Of a DNA stretch of 18,552 nt, positions 8,404 to 18,380 are shown piece after piece. Position 1 is the stretch's first letter. Every line of letters starts with the position of its first letter. The translations under genes and the position numbers were made by a program. Source of the DNA: Octopus sinensis (taxonomy: Eukaryota); contig NW_021824250.1 in assembly GCF_006345805.1 (NCBI RefSeq), forward strand, positions 1 to 18,552. The letters run 5' to 3'. The notes under the pieces are model-generated. The model did no database searches and was not told the DNA's origin. It saw nothing but the letters and a program-made list of their open reading frames with translations.

Positions 8404-8959
8404 AGATCTGAAGTATTTCCGACATGATGACTCAAATTGACAGGTATGCGTTTTGAGTGCTCAAATAGGAGTGCCACCAAAATTCCAGTTTGAACACAGT
8501 TGAAGTTGTGGTTATGTACTTGTCTTGTTCAAAACAGCAAAAGTTGGTTTCCCTTTAAGTCAGTCGGTGTAGATTGAAGTAGTGAGGAACGGCAAAAGAT
8601 TAGGTAAGGTATGATAAGGACTTTTGATTTAATTTAATTCAATCTAATTTAGTTAGATAACGAATGATAAAAAAAAACGAATGGTAAAATATAGTAAAAA
8701 ATAATCTCTGGCGGCTGTTTCTGAGATATCACAGCTATTGGAGCATCATACCGACCGAAGACTCTGTAAGTTGAGTATGCTGTCATCAGAGATATATAGG
8801 TTTGACAATGACAGAAAATTGGGAAAAGGCATAAAAGAGAAAAAAACCTGATGGAGATAAATGCAAAATGGTAGATTTGTCGATCTAAAAGTTGAATTAT
8901 TTCTCGTTGAAAATGAAAAATTTTTATTAACTATAAGCGATGACTTTGTCGTTAGAATG

Positions 8960-9397
8960 TAGATTTTGAAAATCAAACCCGTTTTTCTCGATGACGCACC
9001 GTTTCGGAGACTATCCGAGACATATTCACATACATACATGTGGTGTTGGCAGTCGGTGTTATGGGATGTGATGAGCTATGTGGTGCTGGTGGAGAGGATG
9101 GCAGATGGGGTGGGCGGAAGTAGGGCTTGCAGGGGCCGGCGGAAGACTGCAGGGCGCATGTGTGGCAGGAAGTGGAAGCGGTCAAGTAGGATGCACGTGC
9201 GGTCATCGACGAAGCGAACAGTTCGAGCATAGACGACAAAGCGACAGGACGTGTCGAATTCGTGAGAGACCGCTGATTTTCGCCGAGGTAAGGCCTTTTG
9301 TATTTCTTTCTCCCGTTGCTTCTTCTTCTGTTGTCCTCTTCACCCATCACACTACAATACACACATAAATTCTCATTTATATAGTTGTTATATAGAT
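8960..9397 (-). mobile_element. Helitron-like 5' terminal region, split by a solo LTR; 3' end not found
   Basis: With 9039-9356 and one TSD copy removed, the minus strand reads a|TCtatataacaactatataaatgagaatttatgtgtgtatgtatgtgaatatgtctcgg..., resembling the 5' ends of the two Helitrons at 14445 and 17119. The left boundary is uncertain. Confidence 0.45.
9039..9356. mobile_element. Solo LTR (318 bp), TG...CA, 5-bp TSD ATACA
   Basis: Starts tgtggtgt and ends acactaca (7/8 inverted match). ATACA flanks it at 9034-9038 and 9357-9361. The interior is GC-rich against AT-rich flanks. Confidence 0.75.
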
Positions 9398-9454
9398 ATG
9401 TGTGTGTCAGGGCTGAGCTTGTAGACCGATTTAGACATAGTCGAGAAGTTAAGA

Positions 9455-9596
9455 AGTACGCTCTATAATCCCAAAGGCCCATGTTCGATCCCAATACTTG
9501 GGCACGTGTCTTTTACCACAGCTCGCCTCGCCACAAGCCTTGTGAGTGGAATTAGATATATGGAAAATACGTAAAAGCTCGTCGGATGAAGTGAGT
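9455..9596 (+). mobile_element. Old, diverged 5' half of SINE family A
   Basis: atgttcgatcccaatacttgggcacgtgtctttt...acaagccttgtgagtggaattag...aaaagctcgtcg aligns loosely with 5410-5520. Confidence 0.55.
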
Positions 9597-10122
9597 CTAT
9601 AATTTAAAAGGCCAACTTTCTTACAAAAAAAACCAATTTTCTTACACAATTCGTAACGCTAATCCAGCTTGGAAATCCCTTAAAGTGTACAAGTGTCCTT
9701 GAAATACTCAGCTATAATGCAATGAATTGATGGTTTCATTATAGAATGCAATAATCATCGTATAAACCGCTGAAGGCTCCTTTTACGTTTTCAAATCGGA
9801 AAGTTGCGAATCGTTGACATAAAAATAAGGCAAAAAAACTACAACTCTCCTCTGAAGTATGTGGAGCAATTCGACATGCTGAATGAGTTTTAATTTAGTC
9901 ATGAGTTACCCGCATGCATTCTTTGTTGTATGACCTGAATAAAGAAGCTTTGGTAGATCTGTGTGTGTGTTTTTTTTTTCTCGTTTCTGACTCGACCTTC
10001 CCTTAACCTAGTGTTCTCAATCTTTTGTGAATTGTCAAATGCAGAAACAACAAAGTTTGTGTTTCTGTCTTGTTTGATTTGACCTGAAATTCTGCCGGTG
10101 CTAATACTACTTTGCATATGAC

Positions 10123-10135
10123 ACACATACACACA

Positions 10136-10171
<36 letters not shown>

Positions 10172-10240
10172 TATACATATGTATTTATATATACACAAAC
10201 ACACACACCCACTCACACAAACATGCATACATACATACAT

Positions 10241-10307
<67 letters not shown>

Positions 10308-10386
10308 CGATTGATAGGCAGATAGATAGACAGACAGACATATAGATAGACAGACAGATAGATAGACACACAGACAGATAGATAGG

Positions 10387-10435
<49 letters not shown>

Positions 10436-10448
10436 CTATCGATCGATC

Positions 10449-10521
<73 letters not shown>
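10123..10521. repeat. Compound microsatellite (CT)n-(TACA)n-(CA)n-(TA)n-(GACA/GATA)n
   Basis: Seen directly; includes a long (GATA)n run at ~10380-10520. Confidence 0.97.
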
Positions 10522-10522
<1 letters not shown>

Positions 10523-10622
10523 CGCAAGTAAGCACATTAGTGTAAAACAAGGTGGGAAAATAGTACTTGAATACCCAAGATAGAGTAATAAGCTTTTATT
10601 AAAGCTGCATAATCTTCACAAA

Positions 10623-10661
10623 ACTGTTGCTCAAAGTTTCACTTTCCCGTCCTCGGACAGT
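10623..10661 (-). ncRNA. Degenerate minimal type I hammerhead-like motif
   Basis: Minus strand: actgt-CCGAGGA-cgggaaagt-GAAA-ctttgag-CA-acagt. Stem I (actgt/acagt) is a perfect 5 bp; the core has U4>C and U16.1>C. Confidence 0.4.
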
Positions 10662-10694
10662 CGTGATGAATATATGTATTTGTATGTGTGATGA

Positions 10695-10770
10695 ACATAT
10701 ATGTGTGTGTGTGTGTGAGAGAGAGAGAGAGTGAATGAGTGTATGTGTGAGTGAGTGTGTGTATGTGTGT
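10695..10770. repeat. (TG)n/(AG)n microsatellite
   Basis: Seen directly. Confidence 0.9.
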
Positions 10771-10792
10771 AAAGAGAGTTGTTCTTAGTACC

Positions 10793-10929
10793 GGGTCACC
10801 AAAATGTAATGGAAGGCTGTTATTCTTGCGTTGGGGTTACCAAACGCAAAGAAGGTTCGAATCACGTCGGATGTCACTAAATGTAACGGAAGCTGCTGTA
10901 ATCACGTGAGGGTCACCAAATGTAATGGA
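10793..10929. repeat. Degenerate ~36-40 bp minisatellite, ~3.5 units (gggtcaccaaatgtaatggaag...aatcacgt)
   Basis: gggtcaccaaaatgtaatggaagg / ggggttaccaaacgcaaagaagg / gatgtcactaaatgtaacggaag / gggtcaccaaatgtaatgga. Confidence 0.8.
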
Positions 10930-11060
10930 TTATATTACGATTAAATTGTTCAAAGTCTGATAGAGAGTCTAATAATGAACATTGAAAAGAAAATTATTGT
11001 TTACAGTTATATTCGGACGTACGGCCACTATACACATGATTTGAAATGTACTTTGTTTAT

Positions 11061-11143
11061 TATCATATGAACATTATGCAGTATCATATGAACATTATGC
11101 ATTATTATATGAACATTATGCAGTATTATATGTACATTATGTA
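11061..11143. repeat. 21-bp tandem repeat x4 (tatcatatgaacattatgcag)
   Basis: Four near-identical units read directly. Confidence 0.95.
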
Positions 11144-11628
11144 TAAGATAATATGAATGCTAAATTGTTTTAGATGAGTACTTATACTATTAACCTACCG
11201 TAAATTATTGAAAAATATCACTGCTATCAGGTTACATTTACAGTAATAAGAATCTAAAGATTAAACAGAGATGAAATTGAATTAAAATAAGGTCAGGGCT
11301 GATTATTGGTTCCAGTTAATAGTTCTATAAAAAAAGAGAATAAATTTCATGGTAAGTGTCATAAAGTAGGGTTAAGGTTGATTAAAGGTTACAGTTACTG
11401 GTTTTTTTTTTCAAAAGGAAAGAAAAAGAGAATACGAGGTCTGATCAATAAGTATCCGGACTGTTGCCATAGTAACGAGGTTAAAGCACGCAGAGCGGAA
11501 CCGCTTGGCGAGGATTCACCTTGAACTCTGCTGTGCATGCGCAATAAGTTTTAACGTTCTAACTCGCTTCTGCTGTTTACAGCAGTGCTTTGAAGGAAGG
11601 TGTGAAGCGTGGGATCGTCGCATTGACA

Positions 11629-12048
11629 ATGACAGAGAAAGTCATCATGGCGCTACCTGCTCAGAGGCCTACGCAAAGTTGCAGAAAGTGTATGGAGAGA
11701 GGTGTGTGAGCCACACACACAAGTGTGTGAGAGGTTCAGACCATTCCAAGATGGCCAAAAAATGTCGATATTGACGAACGTTCTGAGAGACTCGCAACCA
11801 GCGGAACTGAGAAAAACATCGTAGATGTGCGTGCAGCTGTGAGGGGAAATCATCGAATCACCAGCGATGAGTTATCAGATGATGTGCAAATTAGTTACGG
11901 TTCAGTTAGTCCATTATCACTGAAGATTTGGGTATGAGACACATGTGTCAAGTTTGTGCCAAAACTACTTTCAGCTGACCAAAAAGACACTGGGGTAACA
12001 GTTGCACAAAATCTTGATTATATCGAGAACGATGAAAACTTTTTGAAA
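11629..12048 (+). pseudogene. Mariner transposase N-terminal (paired-like HTH DNA-binding) fragment, frameshifted, truncated before the DD34D domain
   Basis: With frameshifts: MTEKV...TCSEAYAKLQKVYGERCVS...DERSERLATSGTEKNIVDVRAAVRGNHRITSDELSDDVQISYGSV..IITEDLGM..KFVPKLLSADQK...ENDENFLK. KFVPKLL is equivalent to the mariner WVPHEL motif. Confidence 0.9.
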
Positions 12049-12130
12049 ACTTTGCGTAGGCTTCTGAGCAAATATCACCAAGCTTTTGGCAAAATTTGAT
12101 GCAGATTCTCTGCTCAACTTTTTCTGTCAT
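12047..12130 (-). pseudogene. Second, inverted copy of mariner transposase start
   Basis: ORF track 11948..12148(-) contains MTEKVEQRICIKFCQKLGDICSEAYAK, the canonical mariner N-terminus (EQRxxIKFCxKLG). Confidence 0.9.
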
Positions 12131-12760
12131 GGCCAGTGCGACGATCACACGTTACACACCTTTCTTCCGAGCACTGCTGTAAACAGCGGAAGTGAGCAAG
12201 AACATTAAAACTTAGTGAGCATGCGCAGCAGATTTGAAGTTCAATCTGTGCCAAGCAGCTTCACTCTGTGTGCTTTAGCTTCGTTACTATGGCAATGGTT
12301 CGGATACTTATTAATCAGACAACGTGACATGTTAAAATAACTGATCTTTTAATGTTATGCTGACTGTATTGATAAGAGATGTGCTCCGTTTGAGAATATT
12401 TTAAGTACTTCAATTATTATCAACAGCTGAAGGTGTGTTTTGAAAACGATATTTGTACGTAAACATTAAGCCGAAAGGAAGTCATTTGAAGGCCTTCAGA
12501 AACCGATGAGCAGGATGCCATTAATATTCCGTTTGAAGTGTTACAGGAAAGACATGAAGAAGATTCAAGAGGGCCGGTGTCCTGGGAAGAAAGACTAGGC
12601 TTTATAGATAAAGGGCTGGTTGTACTAAGAGTGATAGGTGATGAAAGAGGAGTGGAATAAAGGAGCTTGAGCGGTGAAGGTGCGAAAGCAGTTTACTCTG
12701 AGAAACAGAGGCAATTATGTGTGAAACTTAGTTTCACACATAATTGATGATTTTTGTAAT

Positions 12761-12982
12761 ACTCTTTTTTTTACTCTTTTTACTTGTTTCAGTCATTTGA
12801 CTGCGGCCATGCTGGAGCACCACCTTTAGTCGAGCAAATCGACCCCGAGACTTATTCTTTGTAAGCCCAGTACTTATTCTATCGGTCTCTTTTTGCCGAA
12901 CCGCTAAGTAACGGGGACGTAAACACACCAGCATCGGTTGTCAAGCAATGCTGGGGGGACAAACACAGACACACACACACAC

Positions 12983-13016
<34 letters not shown>

Positions 13017-13178
13017 CAATATATGACAGGCTTCTTTCAGTTTCCGTCTACCAAATCCACTCACAAGGCATTGGTCGGCCCGGGCTATAGCAGAAGACAC
13101 TTGCCCAAGGTGCCACGCAGTGGGACTGAACCCGGACCATGTGGCTGGTTAGCAAGCTACTTACCACACAGCCACTCC
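12761..13178 (-). mobile_element. SINE family A, full length, internal (CA)n(TA)n
   Basis: Near-exact reverse complement of 5365-5812 apart from the microsatellite and small indels. Confidence 0.96.
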
Positions 13179-13977
13179 TGCTGTAATGTTAATTTTGCTT
13201 CGTGAAATTGTAAAAATTCAGTGTTATTAAGGTGAAGTTTCGGTTAATATGGCTCTGAATAGTCGATCCTTTTAATGGTATGCAGGTCCACAATATTAAA
13301 TATTTAGTTTTCTTAACTACGTTAGAAGAGGTAGATTTTTCGAACGTCTCCACTGATCACATAGGGAGGTCCTATCAGTGACTCAATGGTACTTGGTTGA
13401 AACGAACCGCTTATAGAGAAATGGTTTTCCTCATGACGTCATCATATAGATGACGTATTTGGAGGTGATGCAACGATCTGTGACCGTCCAGTATTGTCGT
13501 CAGACTTCCCAAACACGAGTTCATCATTTTCCTGCTTCATATGGATTTCTGAGTTATCTCCCCTGCTTTTCTTGACCATAATTATTCATTTGATCTGATG
13601 AGTATTTTCTCCTCAGTATATACGTAAACTTAATTAGCATTTTCTTTGCTCACTTCATTAAAATTTTATTTCCCACCTAACTATATTGTTTTCATGCAAA
13701 AAGTATGCTTCGCTAATTAAGCCCGTCATGTATTTAACATGCCATGTCTGTTAATAGTCATTTACTTACATTTTGTACATCAGGCAGTTATCTCGGATCT
13801 GGTAACAACTATTAAATAGTATACTTCGCTAATGAGGCAAAACAATACCAAAACATGTTCCGAGTTGTCACTGCGCTGGCCAAAGACGAAACTCAGTCCC
13901 CTTTACATGCCATTATGTCTTTCTTCAGTTATACTATTTTATTAGCCCTAGATTTGAACAAGGCAATTTATCAAATA

Positions 13978-14038
13978 GATAAGTCCCGGAGTCGATTTGC
14001 TCGACAAAAGGTAGTGCTCCAGCACGGTCGCAGTCAAA
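13978..14038 (+). mobile_element. 3' fragment of SINE family A
   Basis: ataagtcccggagtcgatttgctcgacaaaaggtagtgctccagcacggtcgcagtcaaa matches 5724-5781. Confidence 0.8.
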
Positions 14039-14444
14039 GAAGGATCTAAACAGCCACATTTCTCTTTAGGCAGATGTTTTCATCAGATTCTCATTCACTT
14101 AAAGATTTAGAAGTTACTGTTAAAACGGGGCCTACCAAATCACTTATATATACTCATACAAGCAATATATCAACAAAGAAGTTTGTTCTACTTGATAGAA
14201 ATAGCAACTAATTATGCAGTTCTCTGTGCACTGCATCTGAAGTAAACATCGGATTGTCATCGCTGGATCGGCTTTGACCAAAGGTCCTCTCAGTCAAGGC
14301 CGATGCTCTATAGCTAAAACAAAGAACACTTCAACTGAAAGCAATATATGAACAAAATGATAGGCACAGAGCCTGACTGACAGACAAATTGACACACAGA
14401 CAAGAAGACGGACAGAGAGTTGATTAGTTGCTAGACATACTTAA

Positions 14445-14839
14445 CTTTATATATAAAAGTGAAGTTGTGTGTCTGTCTCCTACGATTTAGATTCCTAACT
14501 ACTCCCACATTTTGCGTTGCAGTTTAACCAAAACCGGGTATCTTATAGTCGTGATTCATATCGAGCCCTTCTGGGTATTAGCGCGCGTCTACGATGAGTT
14601 TACGATTTAAAAAAAAATTACCATCTTTTTTTCCATTTTAATGCATTTTTTCGCTATTATATAAGGGAAGTAACTCTCTAAACATGTCTACGATGAGTCA
14701 TCGATTTAAAAAAAAATTTACCATCATTTTTTTTTCATTTTTAATGCATTTTTTTGCTATTTTTTGGCTATAACTCTCTAAAAATGCTTATATAGTTATT
14801 TCCCTTACAAACCCGAGCAACGCCGGGCGATACTGCTAG
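14445..14839 (+). mobile_element. Non-autonomous Helitron with internal ~99-bp tandem duplication
   Basis: 5' tatatataaaagtgaagttgtgtgtctgtc (canonical TC not clearly retained). 3' GC hairpin cccgagcaacgccggg (14812-14827), then CTAG (14836-14839) followed by T. The duplicated unit gtctacgatgag...taactctctaaa starts at 14587 and 14686. Confidence 0.85.
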
Positions 14840-15184
14840 TACTTATATATAATGAACTAAGAAAATGTTATGATTAAAAGTAGAATCATTTTCTAATATT
14901 GAAATAAGTAAATAAATAAATATATGAACAGAGAAATGAATGAACAGAAAGGCAGAGGTGATTCCGGAATTACAATTAATTAATATCAATCAAATATGGA
15001 ATGTTGTAGAGAGTGAGTCTAATCTTTAGCACTATTGTGACAACTCCAGACTTGTTTTACATATTTATATATTCATCGTCCCACTTCCAGACGATGATCG
15101 TAATTGTATAATTGGCGAAGACCTGACAAAACTACCCCCTGAAGCGACATACAGACAGACTGCTGCGATTAAAACTGACACAGA

Positions 15185-15258
15185 ATCAAGTACTGGGTCG
15201 ATGGTATCGACTAATCACATTCCCTTAAAAATTACTGACCTTGTGCCTAAATTGGAAG
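15185..15258 (+). mobile_element. 3' fragment of SINE family B
   Basis: aagtactgggtcgatggtatcgact...ccttgtgcctaaattggaagcc resembles the family B tail. Confidence 0.6.
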
Positions 15259-15466
15259 CCATTGTTTTATGTCTCAGTTATTACAGATGTGGATTAATTG
15301 AGTGGATAACGCATTAGCTACAAACACACAGGATGTCAGTTCAAATATGGTGGAAACTCTTAAGTTGTTATTGTTATTTAATCTGAGGCAAGCCGTGGTG
15401 AACAAGAAGCATGATCAAAAGCTTTCCAGTTGAGACAATACAACAGATTAAAGATGTAGTAACTAT

Positions 15467-15533
15467 TTCTCTTTCTCTCTCTTTCTCTTCCTCCTTCTTT
15501 TTCTGTCTGTCTCTGTCTCTGTCTGTCTGTCTG

Positions 15534-15610
<77 letters not shown>
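15467..15610. repeat. (CT)n/(CTGT)n microsatellite
   Basis: Seen directly. Confidence 0.97.
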
Positions 15611-15619
15611 ACTGTAGAC

Positions 15620-15975
15620 TAGTGGTTTTCAATCAGGGCCCATGTGGCCCCTGATGGTCCATACAAAATTTTTGGGGATTCCACTCAACAAAATAGTAAA
15701 CTGGGGATGTACAGTATTGTTTTAAGGGCCCCTGAAAAAGATCTGCTTTAGATGTATGTATTGATATGTATTGCAAGAAACAACCAGGTTTCTTCCTCTA
15801 ACATTTTACATTAGTTCGACCTGTACAAGTTAATAGGTGAAAAACGAAATAGGAATTTTGAATAAAATTTCTATTAAACTAGTTTTTAAACACTGAATAG
15901 CTATGGGGGCCCACCAGAATAAAATAGTAATCAAAGGGGTCCATAGATAAAAAGAAAAATTGGCGAGAACCCCTG
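15620..15975. mobile_element. hAT-superfamily (Charlie-like) MITE with degenerate 8-bp TSD
   Basis: Termini tagtggttttcaatc...ggcgagaacccctg resemble CAGGGGTTCTCAA-type terminal inverted repeats. Flanks ctgtagac (15612-15619) and cagtggac (15976-15983) match at 6/8. Subterminal ggtccata/gggccc motifs occur at both ends. Confidence 0.8.
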
Positions 15976-16177
15976 CAGTGGACTATAACTGTATTAATCC
16001 CCTTCCTATATAGCGCACGTGTTTATATACATACTACTCTGTAGATGTTCCAATGTAGATTGTATGGAGGGGGTGTAGATTCCGCGGTGAGGTTGGTGAC
16101 GGTAATGGTGTTGATGATGGATGTAGTGACTGTGGGGTGACAGCGGCGTTCATGCATCTCTTGACTTTTATGTTCTC

Positions 16178-16266
16178 AGGGTCGATAAAATAAGTAACAG
16201 TTGAGCACTGGAATCGATGTAATCGACTTAACCACTTCCCCCAAATTGTGCCAAAATTTGAAACCA
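16178..16266 (+). mobile_element. 3' half of SINE family B
   Basis: gggtcgataaaataagtaacagttgagcactggaatcgatgtaatcgact...ttgtgccaaaatttgaaacca. Confidence 0.8.
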
Positions 16267-16279
16267 GTATATGTGAGCA

Positions 16280-17119
16280 CTAGCTGACGTACCCGATAAT
16301 TTTCGGGAAAGCGGGGCTTATCCCGTGGTTCCGTTCTCATAATTGTTTCGCTAATCCAATAAAAACAATACAAAGTATGTAGCTCTTAAAACGGTTTTTG
16401 TGCATTTACAGAGAATACCGAACTGGCTTGTTTTTAGGAATTCTCAATAAGTTATGACTACCCAAAACTGCGAAGTCAGTTATGTAATAGCATGAAATTA
16501 GTTACCCGATAGTAAGAATTCAAGTAAAGTAGTCCGGAAAGGGCCTTAATGCGTTCCCAGAGGATATAGAACTTAGGAGGAAATACTAATAAGATATACT
16601 AAAATCGTGAAGCATGTTACGTAATAACAAGCCAAGCAGATATGTGATTATAACAATTCAAAGTAAATAACTCTGAAAAGGGCTTTTGTGCGTTCCCGGA
16701 GAATATTACCCTCAGAGGCAATAGTGTTGGTATATTCGTAAGTAGATCTATTGTTTAGGAAAATACTATTTACTTGCTTAAGGATTGTACTGGATATATT
16801 GCGAAAATAACAGTTCAAATACTAAGAAATAAGCATACTCAATTTCATTTTTGCCAAATAATTTAGGAAAATGGTTATATATAAGGATTCCTTCCAGGGC
16901 CGAATGCGTTATTTCCCTTGGTTTTTAATATAAATATATTAGATATATATAAGGATCCCTTCGAGGGGCCCTATTATCGATTTTTTTCAACAATCTAAGT
17001 ATGCCACGAGTTCTACACACTTATCAAATTTCACCAAAATCGATAAAACGATGTAGCAGGAGTTAGCTAACAACTCCACAAACATACCCACAGACAGAAT
17101 TTCCCCCATATGTAGTAGA
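16280..17119 (-). mobile_element. Non-autonomous Helitron (840 bp) with internal ~140-150 bp degenerate tandem repeats
   Basis: Minus strand: A|TCtactacatatgggggaaattctgtctgtgggtatg... at 17119, and 3' hairpin cccga-aaatta-tcggg followed 8 nt later by CTAG|T at 16280. This gives the A/T insertion site with no TSD. Related motifs (ggg...tgcgttccc.gaga.tat) recur near 16395, 16541 and 16681. Confidence 0.88.
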
Positions 17120-17132
17120 TTAAGTCAGCAAT

Positions 17133-17345
17133 CAGGCAGAATTGTTAGCACGCCTGGCAAAATGCTAAGCAGCATGTTGATCACCTTTCGTCCTGAGTTC
17201 AACATTCTCCAAGGTCGACTTTGCATTTTATCCTTTCATCCTTTCAGTGTCGATCAAATAAGTACCAGTTGAGTTCTGAGGGTCGATGTAATCGATTTTT
17301 CTCCCTCCCCTGAACTTGCTGGCCTTGTGCCAAAATTTGAAATGG
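17133..17345 (+). mobile_element. SINE family B, near full length
   Basis: gcagaattgttagcacgcctggcaaaatgc...gagttcaacattc...aggtcgactttgc...gccttgtgccaaaatttgaaa. Confidence 0.88.
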
Positions 17346-17485
17346 ATATATGTGTGCCTTTAGGACAAGTAAATACTCAAAGTAAATACACAAAGAAACG
17401 GCTGAAAATTTCATATCATCTAAATTTAAACTTCAAAACACGCTCTTGGTCTTAGCAGGTGAAGATAAAAGGAGTAATTATAACA

Positions 17486-17486
17486 T

Positions 17487-17526
<40 letters not shown>

Positions 17527-17780
17527 GTTTTCTGTCTGTCTTTCTTTCTTATTTATTTATATATTTTTCTTTCTTTCTTTCCTTTCTTTCTTATTTATTT
17601 TCTTTCTTATATATTTTCTTTCTTCCTTCCTTTCTTTCTTTCTGTCTCTTATTTATTTATATATTTTCTTTCTTTCTTTCTTATTTATTTATTTTTTCTT
17701 TCATTCTTTCTTATTTATTTATGAATTGTTTCTTTCTTTCTTTTTCACTGTTTTCTCTTTCTTCTCATTCTCTTTTCTTT
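17486..17780. repeat. (TTTC)n/(TTTA)n low-complexity tract
   Basis: Seen directly. Confidence 0.95.
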
Positions 17781-17844
17781 TACTTTACAATGAAGACCAT
17801 GGTGTGAATAAACTACTCATAAATACTGTAATAAATTGTCTATC

Positions 17845-17978
17845 ATCGGCCGAGGTCGACTTTGCCTTTCATCCTTTCGAGGTCGATAAATTAAGTACTA
17901 GTTGCGTACAGGGGTCGATCTAATCGACTGCCTCGCTCCCCAAAAATTTCGGGCCTTGTGCCTAGAGTAGAAAAGAAT
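17845..17978 (+). mobile_element. SINE family B, 5'-truncated
   Basis: ccgaggtcgactttgcctttcatcctttcgaggtcgataaattaagtactagttgcgtacaggggtcgatctaatcgact...ccttgtgcctagagtagaaaagaataat. Confidence 0.9.
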
Positions 17979-18380
17979 AATAGACTAAAAGATAGACAAT
18001 TTATTCTATCTATGTGTGTGTGTATGTGTGACTATGTGTTTATACATAGTTACAAGAGTAAATAGCCAGCGACAAAGAAAAAGAAAGGAGAACGAGAAAT
18101 GAGAAAGAGAGAGAGAGAGAGAGAGAGAAGGAAAAGGTAAGGAATGGTAAATGATAAGGATGAACGATGAATGTAGAAAATATCCCTCCTCTCCACTTTC
18201 GTAATAAATCTGTAACCATATTTAACAGATTATCGGAACATGATGGATTAGGTAATAATCCGTCCGAGTTTCAGGCAATTTATTACATGTCACAGTAGAA
18301 GAGGCTTTGAAAAGAGAATTACGTAGTTGTTAATCTACGTTTTAATATATTTAAAGTTTCTGCTGCACGTCTCTATTCAG

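Larger units (their letters stand above)
11435..12324. mobile_element. Mariner-family fold-back (long inverted repeat) non-autonomous element
   Basis: Left TA|cgaggtctgatcaataagtatccg matches right cggatacttattaatcagacaacg|TG. The segment ~12045-12324 is an inverted copy of ~11435-11685. Confidence 0.93.

Noticed and set aside
8973-9494. 173-aa minus-strand ORF
   Set aside because: It crosses the SINE remnant, Helitron-like end and solo LTR boundaries; a composite of unrelated elements with no recognisable motif.
10793-10929. CRISPR-like repeat/spacer appearance
   Set aside because: Repeats are degenerate, the spacers are related to each other, there are no cas genes, and the context is eukaryotic.
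13300-13580. Coding-looking minus-strand stretch (MVKKSRGDNSEIHMKQENDE...) and a TGACGTCA CRE palindrome at 13434-13441
   Set aside because: Tandem stops interrupt the frame, there are no convincing splice sites, and a single 8-mer is expected by chance at this scale.
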